Of a stretch of DNA of 64,000 bases, positions 13,339-25,913 are shown piece after piece (position 1 is the first letter of the stretch; every line of letters begins with the position of its first letter). The notes under the pieces were generated by a model that was not told the origin of the DNA, did not search any database, and saw only the letters and a list, made by a program, of their open reading frames with translations. Position numbers and translations under genes: made by a program. This stretch comes from the human T2T-CHM13v2.0 reference genome, Homo sapiens, in NCBI RefSeq assembly GCF_009914755.1, contig NC_060926.1; one strand, written 5' to 3'.

Positions 13339-13684
13339 TGTATTATGCTGCTAATAAAGATATACCTGAGACTGGTTACTTTATAAAAGAAAGAGGTTTA
13401 ATGGACTCACAGTTCCACATGGCTGGGGTAGCCTCACAATCATGGCAGAAGACGGAAGAAGAGCAAAGGAATGTGTTACATGGTGGCAGGCAAGAGAGCT
13501 TGTGCAGTGGAACTCCATTTATAAAACCATCAGGTCTCGTGAGACTTATTCACTACCACTAGAACAGTATGGGGGAAACCACCCCCATGATTCAATTATT
13601 TCTGTTTGGCCCCGCCCTTGACACGTGGGGATTATTACAATTCAAGGTGAGATTTGAGCGAGGACACAGCCAAGCCATATCTCA
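13339..13684 (-). mobile_element. THE1B/C solo LTR
   Basis: gctgctaataaagatatacctgagactgg…ggacacagccaagccatatc; possible TATAT TSD within low-complexity flanks. Confidence 0.9.
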
Positions 13685-13862
13685 TATATAAAAAATTTTT
13701 ATGAAATATAAAATTATTAAATATATAAAATATATACATATAATATATAAAAATATACTTATTAAATATATAAAAATAGATACATATAAATATATAAATA
13801 TACATGTATATATAAAATGTTATGTGTGTATATATGTATATGTGTACATACAAATATGTAAA
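13685..13862. repeat. AT-rich/(TA)n low-complexity tract
   Basis: Read directly from the sequence. Confidence 0.85.
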
Positions 13863-16473
13863 TGTAAAAATCTAAAGAATAATTTAGGTTAAGCATAATG
13901 AAATTAGATGCTACTTTTTTAAAGTCATATTGAAAAGATCGTGATTATGGAGCAGCAAAAAAGTTACCCTGGAGTCATAAGTGGTTATTTTCCAGTTTAA
14001 TTAAACATTTCTTATTTCAAGTAGATACAATGTGCTCAAAGATACATCAAATATGAGATTACATACTCATAGTAATAGGCCAGGAGGATAAATCTTTTTT
14101 TCTCCTTATTTCCCACTTTTTGTAAAATGATTTTGTACTATTAATTACTCTCCATACATTATTGATACTTTTAGTATTTGTGGTAAGTGAAGATACCTAT
14201 CTATGAATGCAGGATAATTAATAACTGAATTTTCCCTTTAAGGAAAAACTCATGGCCTTATGAGATTAATTATAGATTCTTTGAAAAACGTATGCCCTTG
14301 GAGTTTTAAAAATATGCTTAAATTCATAAAAATTTACACATAACTCTTCAGATAACTACTTGAATAAGACAAGAAATACGGATCATTATAATAATTTTAT
14401 TAATGCTTTGAAAAAAGGTAACTTCCAGAAAGAAAAGACTCTCACAGAACCATGACTTAGAATTAAGTATTAGACTTTTGCATCATTGCATAATATTATG
14501 GAAAGGTTAACAAGTCGTTATGTAGAAGCTCCAGGGTTTCAGAGACAAAGAAGAGAATCCTTCCCTATGCAGTGAAATACACTAACCCCTCATGATGGGA
14601 TTTGTAAATCTGCCAGGACGAAGCTATGTGTTCTAAAAATAGCTAAAGTCTTTGAGTGTTTATTTAAAAGATAACTATTCTCAATGGATTTTTGAGTCAG
14701 TTATACTGAGGGATGGAAAGTTCTTAAATTGCTTTACAATGTATTCCAGGGAAAAAATATTGCAATTCAAATCTCTCAGAGGGATTCCTTAATCAACTAG
14801 AATATTCTGGATCTCCCAGTTGTCAGCTACTCAGCAGCTGGCCTTATGAAAAAAACTAGAATAAAACTGGTTCATGAATGTGTTGCCTGGGAATTTTCCT
14901 TTTCTTGGGTCAAAAAACATTCCTGATCAATTACAAATAAATCTAGTCTCAGAAAGTTGAGCTCCTTTTCTTAAGCATGTGTTAAGAGACATATTTTTCA
15001 TATACATTTAAAATATACTGGATGCCCTGAAAATATGACTTGGGTTTCAGCAACAAATTCTGATTTCCTTGGGTCAGAAATATGGGTCTCTATCAGTCAT
15101 TTTCTGTTTTTTTTTTCTTTTTTTTTTTTCAGATTCAATTGGGCTTCACTTTTTTGTAAGCAAAGATATATAGAAAGGGAAGGTTGAATGTGTTAGAATT
15201 ACTCATGTTCTCTGGTGGTACATTATTGTAACAGAAGTTTATTCCTCCAAACTGCTTGGATGGGCAGAATTTGAACATATGCTGAAACAGTCCTATAGAC
15301 ACTTGAGAGTTCCATACAGTTTATTTGCTGGTGAAATCATGGATGGTTACACACCGCTTCCTCATTCCCTTACCTTCCAGATGGCTCTCCACACTTACCA
15401 CACATGTTGCAGGAAACAGGTTCTTGTTTATCGTGGGTTTGCTATCAACCAAGAAACTGATATCTAAGACTGCTAAAAAACAAAGCTAGCGTATAAAGTC
15501 TTGTATAGGAAAAGTATGTTTTAGAGGTAACTATGTCCTAGTATTAAATCTGAGTAGGTGAGACTGAAGCTTCTTAACAATGTATATTGTGTATCCTCTG
15601 AGTCAGCCCATAGAGTCTTTACATGTACTCTGAAACTAGAGAGGGAAAAAGCCAGCAACTTCCTTCCTGTTCTCCTTTATCAATAGTACATTTTAGCCTG
15701 GGAGAGGAAGAATACCATCAAAAGGAACAATTATATGTATGCATAGTGTGTGCTTGTATATGTGTTATATCATAGGCTCGTTTCTTATATTAAACAACTC
15801 ACTTATTAAACCCTGCTTATTGTAAGCTCTGTAATAATACATGTAGATATGATAATAACAATAATAGAGGAATGAAATTTTCCTTGGAGGCTTTGGTTAA
15901 CTAAATGTATTCTGAGCTGTTCTTATGAAAAACATAAAAATGTGTAAGCAATATAATAATTACAAATGCCATCAAGATGGAAATTACAATTTTAAATTCT
16001 GAAAAATATAGTCTTTGCTACTGAATCACAGTTTTATCAACCATACTAAATCATTCGGTCATCCTCTACTTAATAACCACCACCTTAAAAATTGCTGGGT
16101 TCATCTCAGGAAGCATAATTTTGTTCTAGAGATTCTTCTCTGGTCAGAAAGAGAGAGAGGGAGAGGAGAGAGAGAAAGGAGCAAATAATAAAGTGACTAC
16201 TACTGTCCTTCCTCTTTAAATAACAGCTCCTGGGAAGGTCAGATCCTTTGGCTGTTTTGTCAAAGATACTCAGGAAAAGTTTTCATAGAGATCTCTGAAC
16301 TACAGGAGACTTGAAAATTAATTACATGAAACTTTATGAATTTTCATTGAAGTTAAACATCAGCACAACCAGTATTATTTTCCTGGAGCTTTTGATTAGA
16401 CATTTCTATACCAGTTTGTCTGTCATTTCTTTTTTGCAGCATAAGGTTTAACAGTCTAATCCCTGAATTGGCC

Positions 16474-16595
16474 AGAGCTGCTGCATACTCCTATGTCAAT
16501 TGTGCACTGCACAACCGTAGGGGGTGCCATTCCCACTGAATGCATGTGAGTAGTGTCCTCTGGATTTGTCATGTAGTTACCATGAAGTTGTCAGT
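16474..16595. mobile_element. MER91-like (hAT-Tip100) palindromic MITE
   Basis: ttgtgcactgcacaaccgtagggggtgccattc…gtgagtagtgtcctctgga matches the MER91 quasi-palindrome. Confidence 0.6.
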
Positions 16596-17239
16596 CTAAG
16601 CATTTTTCTGTCTCTAACCTTTTGTTCTCCATGAAGTTTTGAGTGCCTTTAACTATTATTACATTAATTATAATTATTGTCTAATGTAGTGATTTTCCCT
16701 ACTAAGGTTTACATTTAGGATAAATCTTCAGTCATTTCAAAAGGATTCATATACAGTAGTGTGTCTTCATGTGAAACTATTGTTATTTGTGTATTGAAGC
16801 ACAGTAGAGAAGCCCAAGAATCCAGAGTATTACATACATCAGATGAGGAAAATGTCAATTGTAACTCAGCTAGATCTTAACTTTGATTGGTTTTGACAAC
16901 CAAACATAGTTGATTCAGTTTGTAACTTGACAACAGAAACTGTAGGCATTTGGAAAATAATATCAAGTCCTCTTTTCAAATCTAATACATCCTTCTTGTG
17001 TAAGAAAATTTAATTAAATTCATTTAATCTTCTGAAAAAAATGCTCTAAATTCATTTAAGAGAGTTAAAAATAAATAAATCTTTTAAAAAGCCTAAGACT
17101 TGAGTGAGAGAAATGATTTGATGTTAGTCTGTTAGCTTCAAGAAAAAATGCCAAGTTCTTGACCTGGATAGAAGGTCCTCTGTGATGGGGGCTTTGCTTA
17201 CCTCCGTGTCTTCACATTTTATATTCTCCAGGCCCTCAG

Positions 17240-17575
17240 TTCTGTTTCTTGGAAATATCAGGCAGTTTTGGGATTCCATGCCTTCGCACTGCTGTTCCTG
17301 CCAACTGTGATGTTCTTTCCCTCCTCAGTCACCCACCAGCTCCTCTTCATCACTCACATCCAGCACTAGTGTTATCCATTGCCTTTCCAGGGAAGCCTTC
17401 CCTGCTCTTGTCCCTCCATACCCCTCACCCTCCAATTCTCATCAAAACCAAATTATCTCCTGTATAGTGCCAGATCTGTAGCTTATACACAATTTTATTC
17501 CCATGCTCACCACCCTGACTCACTAAATGTTAATGATGTGTCCCTATGTCTTTTTCTCATACAAAATCCTGCTCC
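17240..17575 (+). mobile_element. L2 fragment
   Basis: Pyrimidine-rich L2 3' body (gccttcgcactgctgttcc…ccagggaagccttccctg). Confidence 0.55.
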
Positions 17576-17957
17576 TTCAGGGTGGGGACTGTGTTTTAGT
17601 ACAGTGCTGAGATTTAGGAGAAAGCAGAGGATTACAGAAGCTCTGCAAGTTGTTCAAGATGATGCGACTAACTAGTAAGCCGTGGGGATGGATGCACACC
17701 TTGATCTATGTGACACCAAAACCTGTCCTTAATATCCACAGTCATGATGTCCAAGGTCACTGTAGATGCCTGTGTACCAAAGCTTGTTCTTCATATTGGG
17801 CGTTGTGTCCAACGTCACCATTGGATGCCTATGTGTCATTTGGGAAGATGGGCGTTTCTGCAGTTCTTGGCAGCTCCGTTTTCTCATGGGGTTGAAATTT
17901 TGTCCTGTTTTTCTTACTTCAACCTCTGGGGAGTTTCATTTTTCCTGGTCTACTCTT

Positions 17958-19508
17958 AAAAAAAATAATTTTTGTGGGTACATAGGTGTATATATTTGTG
18001 GGGTACATAAGATGTTTTGGTACAGACATGCAATGCATAATAATCACATCATGGAAAATTGGTTATCCATCCCCTCAAGGATCTATCCTTTGTGTTTTAA
18101 ATAAACCAATTATACTCTTTTAGTTATTTTTAAATATACAATTAAATTATTATTGACTATAGTCACTCTGTTGTGCTATCAAATGCTTGGTCTTATTCAT
18201 TCTAACTTCTTTTTGTACCCATTAACCATCCTCATCTCCCCTCATTCCCCACTACCCTTCCCAGCCTCTAGTAACCATCCTTCTACTCTCTATGTCCATG
18301 AGTTCAATTATTTTAATTTTTAGCTCCCACAAATAACTTAGAACATGTAAAGTTTGTTTTTCTGTGCCTGGCTTATTTAAGTTAACACAATGACCTCCAG
18401 TTCCATCCATGTTGTTGCAAATGACAGGATCTCAATCTTTTTTATGGCTGAATAGTACTCCATATGTACTATCACATTTTCTTTATCCATTCATCTGCTG
18501 ATGGACACTTAGGTTGCTTCCAAATCTTGGCTATTATGAATAGTGCTGCAATAAACCTGAGAGTGCAGGTAACTCTTTGATATACTGATTTCCTTTCTTT
18601 TGAATATATACCCAGAAGTGGGATTGCTGGATTGTATGGTAGCTCTATTTTCAGTTTTTTGAGGAAGCTCCAAATTGTTCTCCATAGTGGCTGTACTAAT
18701 TTACATTCCTGCCAACAGTGTATGAGGGTTCCCTTTTCTCCATATCTTAGCCAGCATTTTTTATTGCCTGTCTTTTGGATATAAGTCATTTTAACTGGGG
18801 TGAGATGATATCTCATTGTAGTTTTGTTTTGCATTTCTCTGATGATCAGTGTTGTTGAATACCTTTCCATATGCCTGTTTGCCATTTGTCTTCTTTTGAG
18901 AAATGTCTTTTCAGATCTTTTGCCCAGTTTTTAATCAGATTATTAGAGTTTTTCCTACAGAATTGTTTGAGCTCCTTATGTATTCCGATTATTAATCCCT
19001 TGTCAGATAGGTAGTTTGCAAATATTTTCTTCCATTCTATAGTTTGTCTCTTCACTTTTGGGTTGTTGCCTTTGCTGTGCAGAAACTTTTTAACTTGATG
19101 TGATTTCAGTTGTCCAGTTTTGCTTTGGTTTCTTGTGCTTGTGGGGTATTACTTAAGACACATTTCCCCAGACAAATGTTCTGGAGAGTTTCCCCAATGT
19201 TTTCTTGTAGTAGTTTCATAGTTTGAGGGCTTATATTTAATTCATTTTGATTTGATTTTTGTAAATGGTGAGAGATAGGGATCTAGTTTCATTCTTTTGA
19301 ATATGGACATCCAGTTTTCCCAGCACCATTATTGAAGAGACTGTCTCTTCCCCATTGTATGTTCGTGGCACCTTTGTCGAAAATGAGTTTACTGTAGGTG
19401 TGTAGATTTGTTTCTGGGTTCTCTATTCTGTTCCATTGGTCGATATGTCTGTTTTTATGCCAGCACCATCCAGTTTTGGTTATTACAGCTCTGTCTTATA
19501 ATTTGAAG
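17958..19508 (-). mobile_element. L1MA-type LINE, 5'-truncated
   Basis: L1MA 3' UTR plus ORF2 remnants (…[13 protein letters not shown]…[12 protein letters not shown]…WKQPKCPS). Confidence 0.92.
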
Positions 19509-20569
19509 AACCTGGCCTACTCTTTTACTCAGTTTCATCTTTTCCTACCAGAGTATTCCATCTTTTCAGAATACAGGCAGGCTCCCATATGCACTGGACT
19601 GGCAATTTGCTTTTGGCTTTTTCTCTCAATAGGACCAGTGCCCATCTTTATTTTTCTCCTCCTTCTGGTGGCCATCTTTTGACTATCAGGCAACTGGTGA
19701 CTGTTCTCAGGGTTATTTGATATAATTGCACAGGTTTCTAGATCAGTGCTTCAGCTCCTTCAAGCCATTTCCCTCAATTCATGCTGTGTACAGGCATCCA
19801 TATACATATGTACACAGATATCCTGAGTATACATTATATACAATTTTTAGTGGCCCTATTCTACATTCTACTCTTCTAGTGCCCATGTTTGATTTTTTGT
19901 TGTTACTCTAGAAGAAGCACACAAAATGTGCTCAAGATGTGAACTGAATTATATGAATTTAAATCTGTGAAAATATTAACAATTATCCCAGTGCAAGAAG
20001 ACATTGGTCACTATTGCCTTTGGTTGCTCATAAGAGGATAAAAAAAAAGACACTTTAACTCCCTTTAGGTTTATTGTCTTTTTCTAGCATGGTTCAGATA
20101 TTAACAATCAAAGTGACTGAACTTTAGATTTTTTATATGATCTTTTCTTAAAATCTGGGTAACTTTTATCTTTGAGTTTCTTCCTTCCTTTGTGAATCAT
20201 CACCATCTTCATCACTGCCAATCTTTAAGTATTTACCAAGAACTCATCATATATCTAGTGCCATAAATATATGAAAATGCTTTTAGAAAATGCTCTCCTC
20301 CCCGGTATTCACTTATGCTCCAAATTGGCAAACCCTTTGGTCTCAGTTACACTTTTGGAATAATCCTCTCATCTTGAGATCATCATTATTTCTATTCAAT
20401 AAACTAGAGAATTATTGTAAAACAAATTGGGTATACCAGAAAGAAGTGGGACATTTTAGAGAAAATCAGAATATTCACCATAAAGCTGGAATTAAGCATA
20501 TGACTGATTGGAACTGAATTTGTTCCAGTTTTAAAATATATTTTTAAAATGTAAAATACACTTAACAAC

Positions 20570-20810
20570 AAATAATCACTTATAGTTATAAAATATGTAT
20601 TCTCTCTAGACAGTGTTCTAAGTGTTTTGTACTTATTAAATCAGTAAATTCTAATAGCAATTATGTGATATATGTACACACTATTATGATATCCATTTTC
20701 TACAGGAGAAAACCAAGGGACAGAAAGGTTAGCTAATAGCTAATGAGTGGCAGTGCCATGATTGAAACCCAGGCAGTGTGGACCCGCAGTCCTTGTCCAC
20801 AGTCTGACAA
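20570..20810 (-). mobile_element. MIR SINE
   Basis: tccattttctacaggagaaaaccaagg…aaacccaggcagtgtgg. Confidence 0.65.
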
Positions 20811-21090
20811 GACTGCCCCACCTGGTCCATAGCTGTTTCATATACAATGAATGAAAAAGCTCAATAACAATGGTAAATCCACACTTCATAATAACAATTA
20901 AACTCCTGAACTTGTAAATATATAAAAGCAGAGAGATAGATGCTCATCTTCAGTGGGGAGGGAAGGGTTTGTTATTCATGTTACAATAGGCAAACTATCC
21001 CTCAATTTTAAATACAGAGGATTCTAGTGTGGTTGGCTGTAGATAACAAGTCCACTTGCAACAGAGATTGGAACATTAGGAGGGGTTGAC

Positions 21091-21804
21091 TGTTATGGAC
21101 TTGATGGTGTCCCCTTCACAAATTTCTATGTTGAAATCCTAAACCCCCAGTATCTCAGGATATGGCTGTATTTGGAGATAGGGCCTTTAAAGAGGTAACT
21201 AAATTAAAATGAGGTAATTGGTGGGGCGGGGGATAATCCAATATGATGGGTGTCATTATAAGAAGACAAAATTTAGACTTAGACAGGTACAGAAGGAAGA
21301 CCATGTGAAGACATAGGGAAAAGATGGCCATCTATATAAGCCAAGCAGTGAGGTCTCAGAAGAAACCAACCCTGCCAACACCTTGATATGGGACTTTTAG
21401 CTTCTAGAATTGTCAGAAATAAATTTCTGTTGCTTAAGCTACAGAGCAAACCTCGCTCCGTAACCTGTTAGGAACCAGACCATGCAGCAATGAGCATTGC
21501 TGCCTGAGCCCCGCCTCCTGTCAGATCAGCAGCAGCATTAGATTCTCATAGGAATGGGAAACCAATTGTGAACTGTGCATGTGAGGAATCTAGGTTGTTT
21601 GCTCCTTATGAGAACCTAACTAATGCCTGAGGATCTGAGGTGGAACAGTTTCATCCTGAAACTATGCACCCCTCTCCAGCCCCCCAGTCCATGGAAAAAT
21701 TGTATTCCATGAAACCAGTACCTGGTGCCAAAAAGGTTGGGGACCCTGGCTTAAGCCACCCTGTCTGTGGTGCTTTGTCATGGCAGCCCTAGCAGACTAA
21801 TACA
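21091..21804 (+). mobile_element. MLT1B/C-like solo LTR interrupted by MER1B
   Basis: tgttatggact…aataaatttctgttgcttaagc [insert] gcttaagccaccc…gactaataca. Confidence 0.85.
21440..21748 (+). mobile_element. MER1B (hAT-Charlie) with perfect 8-bp TSD GCTTAAGC
   Basis: cctgttaggaacc…cattagattctcatagga…gccaaaaaggttggggaccctg; TSD at 21432-21439 and 21749-21756; left terminal inverted repeat (TIR) degraded. Confidence 0.88.
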
Positions 21805-22648
21805 GGGACCTAGGAGGAGAAAGCTAACGTTTGAGTTTCCTAGTGCAAAACTCATCAGGACACAAACTTAAAACTCCACAATTTTCTCTTGATCTTTGGC
21901 AGAAAAATGTAATTTAATTAGGATGCATTTTTATGTAAAGTGGGGTGCCCTTGGCCACATGACTTGTTCTTTATGTGGGCAGATAGGACAGTCTCCTTAA
22001 CCAGCGTGATTAGAATTTCACTAGCTTATCGCTCAACAAATACACACATTGTTACTCCACTGGCTTCTGCCTTTCCCAGATATACCTGTCATAATATAAT
22101 GTAATTAAAATAATTATAATTGTCTGACCTTGAAATTACTAATTAGCATGATGGTCAGTCCTTTGATAATTTTCTCCAGAAAAGTCTTGTTAAAATGGGC
22201 CTGCATAAAAAGCTGGGGGCAATGAACTAGTTATAAAAGGATAGGCTAATTTTTGGTTAAGTTGACTATTCCTTGCCAGAATTAAGAAGTTGGAAGATGA
22301 GGTTTCTTGGGGGTGGTTAGTCATAGTCCTGGGAAATTGGGACCTAGGCTGAGGGGAGTAGGAATTCAGTGGCACTCAATTAATTTTTTCATTCAAAAAA
22401 CACAAACAAAGCCTTTGATTCAACAAACACAAACAAAATCTTGCTTTGGCCGGGCCCTGTGCTAACTCCTGGGATGCCTCTATGAACATGATAGAAGCAG
22501 CTACTGCATTCAGAGTTTATGTTCTTATGGGAGATACAGATGTTACAAAGTACAAGCCATAATTAGTTATTTTGGCTTGTACTTTGTAGAGAATGAAAAA
22601 TAATTTTATTTAATTCATTATCTTGCTGAAGGTTGGCACTTTTTAGCC

Positions 22649-22862
22649 CGTGCTGTCCAATGCAGAAAGCACTAGCCATAGGTGTGCTATTTTAAGTAAT
22701 ACAAAATAATTACAATTGAATAAAATTAGATATTCCATTCCTCAGGGGCATTCGTCACATTTCAAGTGCTCAGTAGCCACATGTGGCTAGTGACTACCAT
22801 AATGGACAACAGAGATACAGAATGTTTCTGCACTGCTGAAAGTTTCACCAGAGAATGCTATC
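22649..22862 (-). mobile_element. MER3-like hAT-Charlie MITE
   Basis: tgctgtccaat…cacatttcaagtgctcagtagccacatgtggctagtgactacc. Confidence 0.75.
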
Positions 22863-24402
22863 TGGGCTCTAGAGTTGTGCCAGACCTGCAAAGTCAAGAA
22901 AGAGGGCCCTTAGCTTAATTCCTTAGAGAACAGAAGATATATATATTTATATCTACCAAAATAGTCCACTTTTGGCTGCAGGCCATAGTATAAATCTCAT
23001 CTTAGTCTGGCCTTCAAAATGAAGAATGGGCTGGTTTTAAACCAAGGACAGATTTCCTTTCCTCTTAGTCTTATGAGTATTGGGGTTTTGCATTTTGTGA
23101 GTGCTCATTTTTGTATGTATGAGCAATTTGTCCATAGGAACTAGGGGATTTTTATATTTTTTCCTTTTATTTAAAATATATGACTACATAAAATAAACAA
23201 CATGTGGTTTACAGATATGAGGAGTATTGGAATCTGTTACTTTAAAATAGTATAGCAATGTTTGGACTTTTCACAGCTGAAAGAATTAAATTCAGCTTCA
23301 GTACCACCAATTCCCATTTTTTTTCAAGTACAAGAGAAAAAAGAAGAAAAGAATATGTGGGTGGAGAATAAGGAAATCAGCTGTGTTGGTTTAATACCCT
23401 TGAAGGTGACATTAGTAGAAGACTTTATTAAAACATGCAACCTGAAGCTGAGGATTATAAAATATAATATGTCATGGTGGGAGATATGCTTTGGCTGCCA
23501 CACCTAAAGGTCACTCTTTGAAGGGAGCTGAGACAGCTGCCAGGATCCATTGATTTCTTTCTAGTACTAAAACATCCTCTGGCAGGTGTCAGCCTGGGTG
23601 TGTGAACAAAAAAATATGGAAAATTAAAGAGTAAGCAAAAATGGGCCATGGGATCCTCCTAGTAGACCGAGCAGAATGCTCCAGTGTTTGTTCTGAACAG
23701 ACGTGTAAATTTTTGCTTTAGCGACACAACAGATACATGAAGTGTTCAAATATTAGTCAACATATATTTTCTTTAGTGGAATATAGCTTCTCAAGTCTCT
23801 AGGATAACAAAGTTTTAAAATCCTGTCTAGGTGTATATAATTCTTTAATTTGTTTCTAGTGGGGCTACTCCCTCAGGTTAAGTAGGACACTTTCCCTACA
23901 ATAGATTTCATTTTTCTTTGATTAGTTTCCACTTACTCCTTCTGCTCCTAACATGGCCATCCCTCTGCAGTTCTCCAAATATCCCATGTGTGTGCTTGCC
24001 TCTATGTCTCTGCATACACCATTTCTCTTCTGTGCTTACCCCCCAACTCCTCTACAATCTAGAAGACTCAGCCTTGAGATCTTTTTGAACAAGAATTGCA
24101 TTTATGATGATAAATCTGTGCCTGTCCTACAAAAAAAGCCCTTGTCTCCTTCTGAGGTGATTTTGCTTAGTGGCTAATCTTTTCAACTTTTTGTCTTTAG
24201 GTTTTGCAGAAAATGAGAAAAGATGGAAAGAGTGAGAGGTCACATGATTTGCTGCCTGGGCTGTGGGGACCACCCAGGGGCTGTGTGGAGGGAACCATCC
24301 CTACGTTAGCGCTGAGCTCATAACCATGACCTCAACCTAGATTCCAAATCTAGGTGCTCACATTCATTTCACACCATTAGCAAGTTAAAAATGATAGAGC
24401 CA

Positions 24403-24697
24403 GGCCAAGCGCGGTGGCTCATTCCTGTAATCCCAGCACTTTGGGAGGTTGAAGTGGGCAGATCCCTTGAGCTCAGGAGTTCCAGTCCAGCCTGGGTAAC
24501 CTGGTGAGACCCCAGCTCTACAAAAAATACAAAAATTAGCTGGGCATGGTGGCACATATCTATAGTCTCAGCTTCTTGGGAGGCTGAGGAGAGAGTCGCT
24601 TGAGTCTTGGAGGGTGAGGCTGCAGTGAGACATGATTGCACCTCTGCACATCGGCCTGTGTGACAGAGTGAGACCCTGTCTCAAACAACAACAACAA
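24403..24697 (+). mobile_element. AluJ, full length, TSD GATAGAGCCA
   Basis: Dimeric Alu with J-type gaggctgcagtgag/gagaccctgtctc and a (CAA)n tail; TSD at 24393-24402 and 24698-24707. Confidence 0.93.
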
Positions 24698-24756
24698 GAT
24701 AGAGCCATTTACTAAGCAGATTGGCAGGTGAGGGACGCTGGTTTTAGCTAGTACAG

Positions 24757-24801
24757 TGAATGAGTGTGTGAGTGTGTGTGTGTGTGTGTGTGGGGGGGGT
24801 G
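24757..24801. repeat. (TG)n + G-run microsatellite
   Basis: Read directly from the sequence. Confidence 0.85.
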
Positions 24802-25913
24802 TATTCTTAGTCCCTTTTACACTGACAGTTGAAAAACTGACCTTTGCCCTTCTCTCTCCCATGTTATTTCTGATGTTAGTAGGCAGTTTGTAGCACAGCA
24901 GGATGGAAGAGTTGCAAAGGGAATTGTCTATGGGGTGAACCTTTTCAATTGCCCTTCCATCCACATACCCTCTTTACTGTGAATAATCATAAATGCATAA
25001 TGATAACATTTTCCACATGCTAAATCATGCTAATGACCCCTACCAAGTAGAGGAAAGAATGTTGTCTTATAATACCAACAGATTATTTAAACCTGAGAGC
25101 TTTACATCATGTTAGATTAAGTTGTGTATATTAAAATTTTCCAAACAGTAAGTATAAAGATACTGTCTTATACATATAAGAGGTATGGCTATTTTAACAT
25201 ATTTTTTAAATTATATGAAATAAACTTTATTGGACATAGTTTTACGTTACCATTTTTTCTCTCTTTCACCAAATTGTGAAAGCAAATAGCTAGATATGCT
25301 TTCTCCCTTTGAAGAGGCATGACAGTTTCAGGTTTTGCTAAGAAAGATAGTTTCCATCTGAAAATGTGTGTACATAGTGTTTACTTCTAATTTAAATGCC
25401 TATTTACACAGGTTGGGGATACACCAATGTTTTTTGATGATGTGGTAAGTTTTCAAAATCTATTTGAGGTCATTTTTATATGCTTAGAATGACTTAGGTG
25501 CAAATCTACATGGAAGCAGAGGAATAAACCACATGGTTTTAGAAGCCATTTCTGATCATTGGAGCACAAGCTTTTTGTGGACAGCAGGCACTCCCTACCT
25601 AAGTCCAAAGCAGGGGAGCCACCTGCTGGACAGTGTGAAAAATCTTCATTTTCTGGAGGTAGTCATCCCTGCTTTTTTACTTTTAAGTTTAGGTAGATTT
25701 ACTTACATATAAATTTATGTACTTTTTATTTTGCTGAGTAAATTTCTCACTTCACACAAATAAAGCGGCTCTAAAATAAGGAGAAAAAAATTAGGATGCT
25801 ATGAAACACAAATTTGAACAACGATCAGTACTAGAAGTAGAGGCTTTTAGTCATTCCATTTTGTATTTTGTCTTTTTCCTTTCATTCGTAGTTCAGCCTA
25901 ACTGCATTTATAT

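Noticed and set aside
1040-18300. Strong similarity between 1050-1320 and 17965-18220 suggesting a local duplication
   Set aside because: Both are 3' ends of related L1MA elements with different flanks.
19736-19912. Possible hAT MITE between TCTAGA-like sites
   Set aside because: The termini are too degenerate to support a call by eye.
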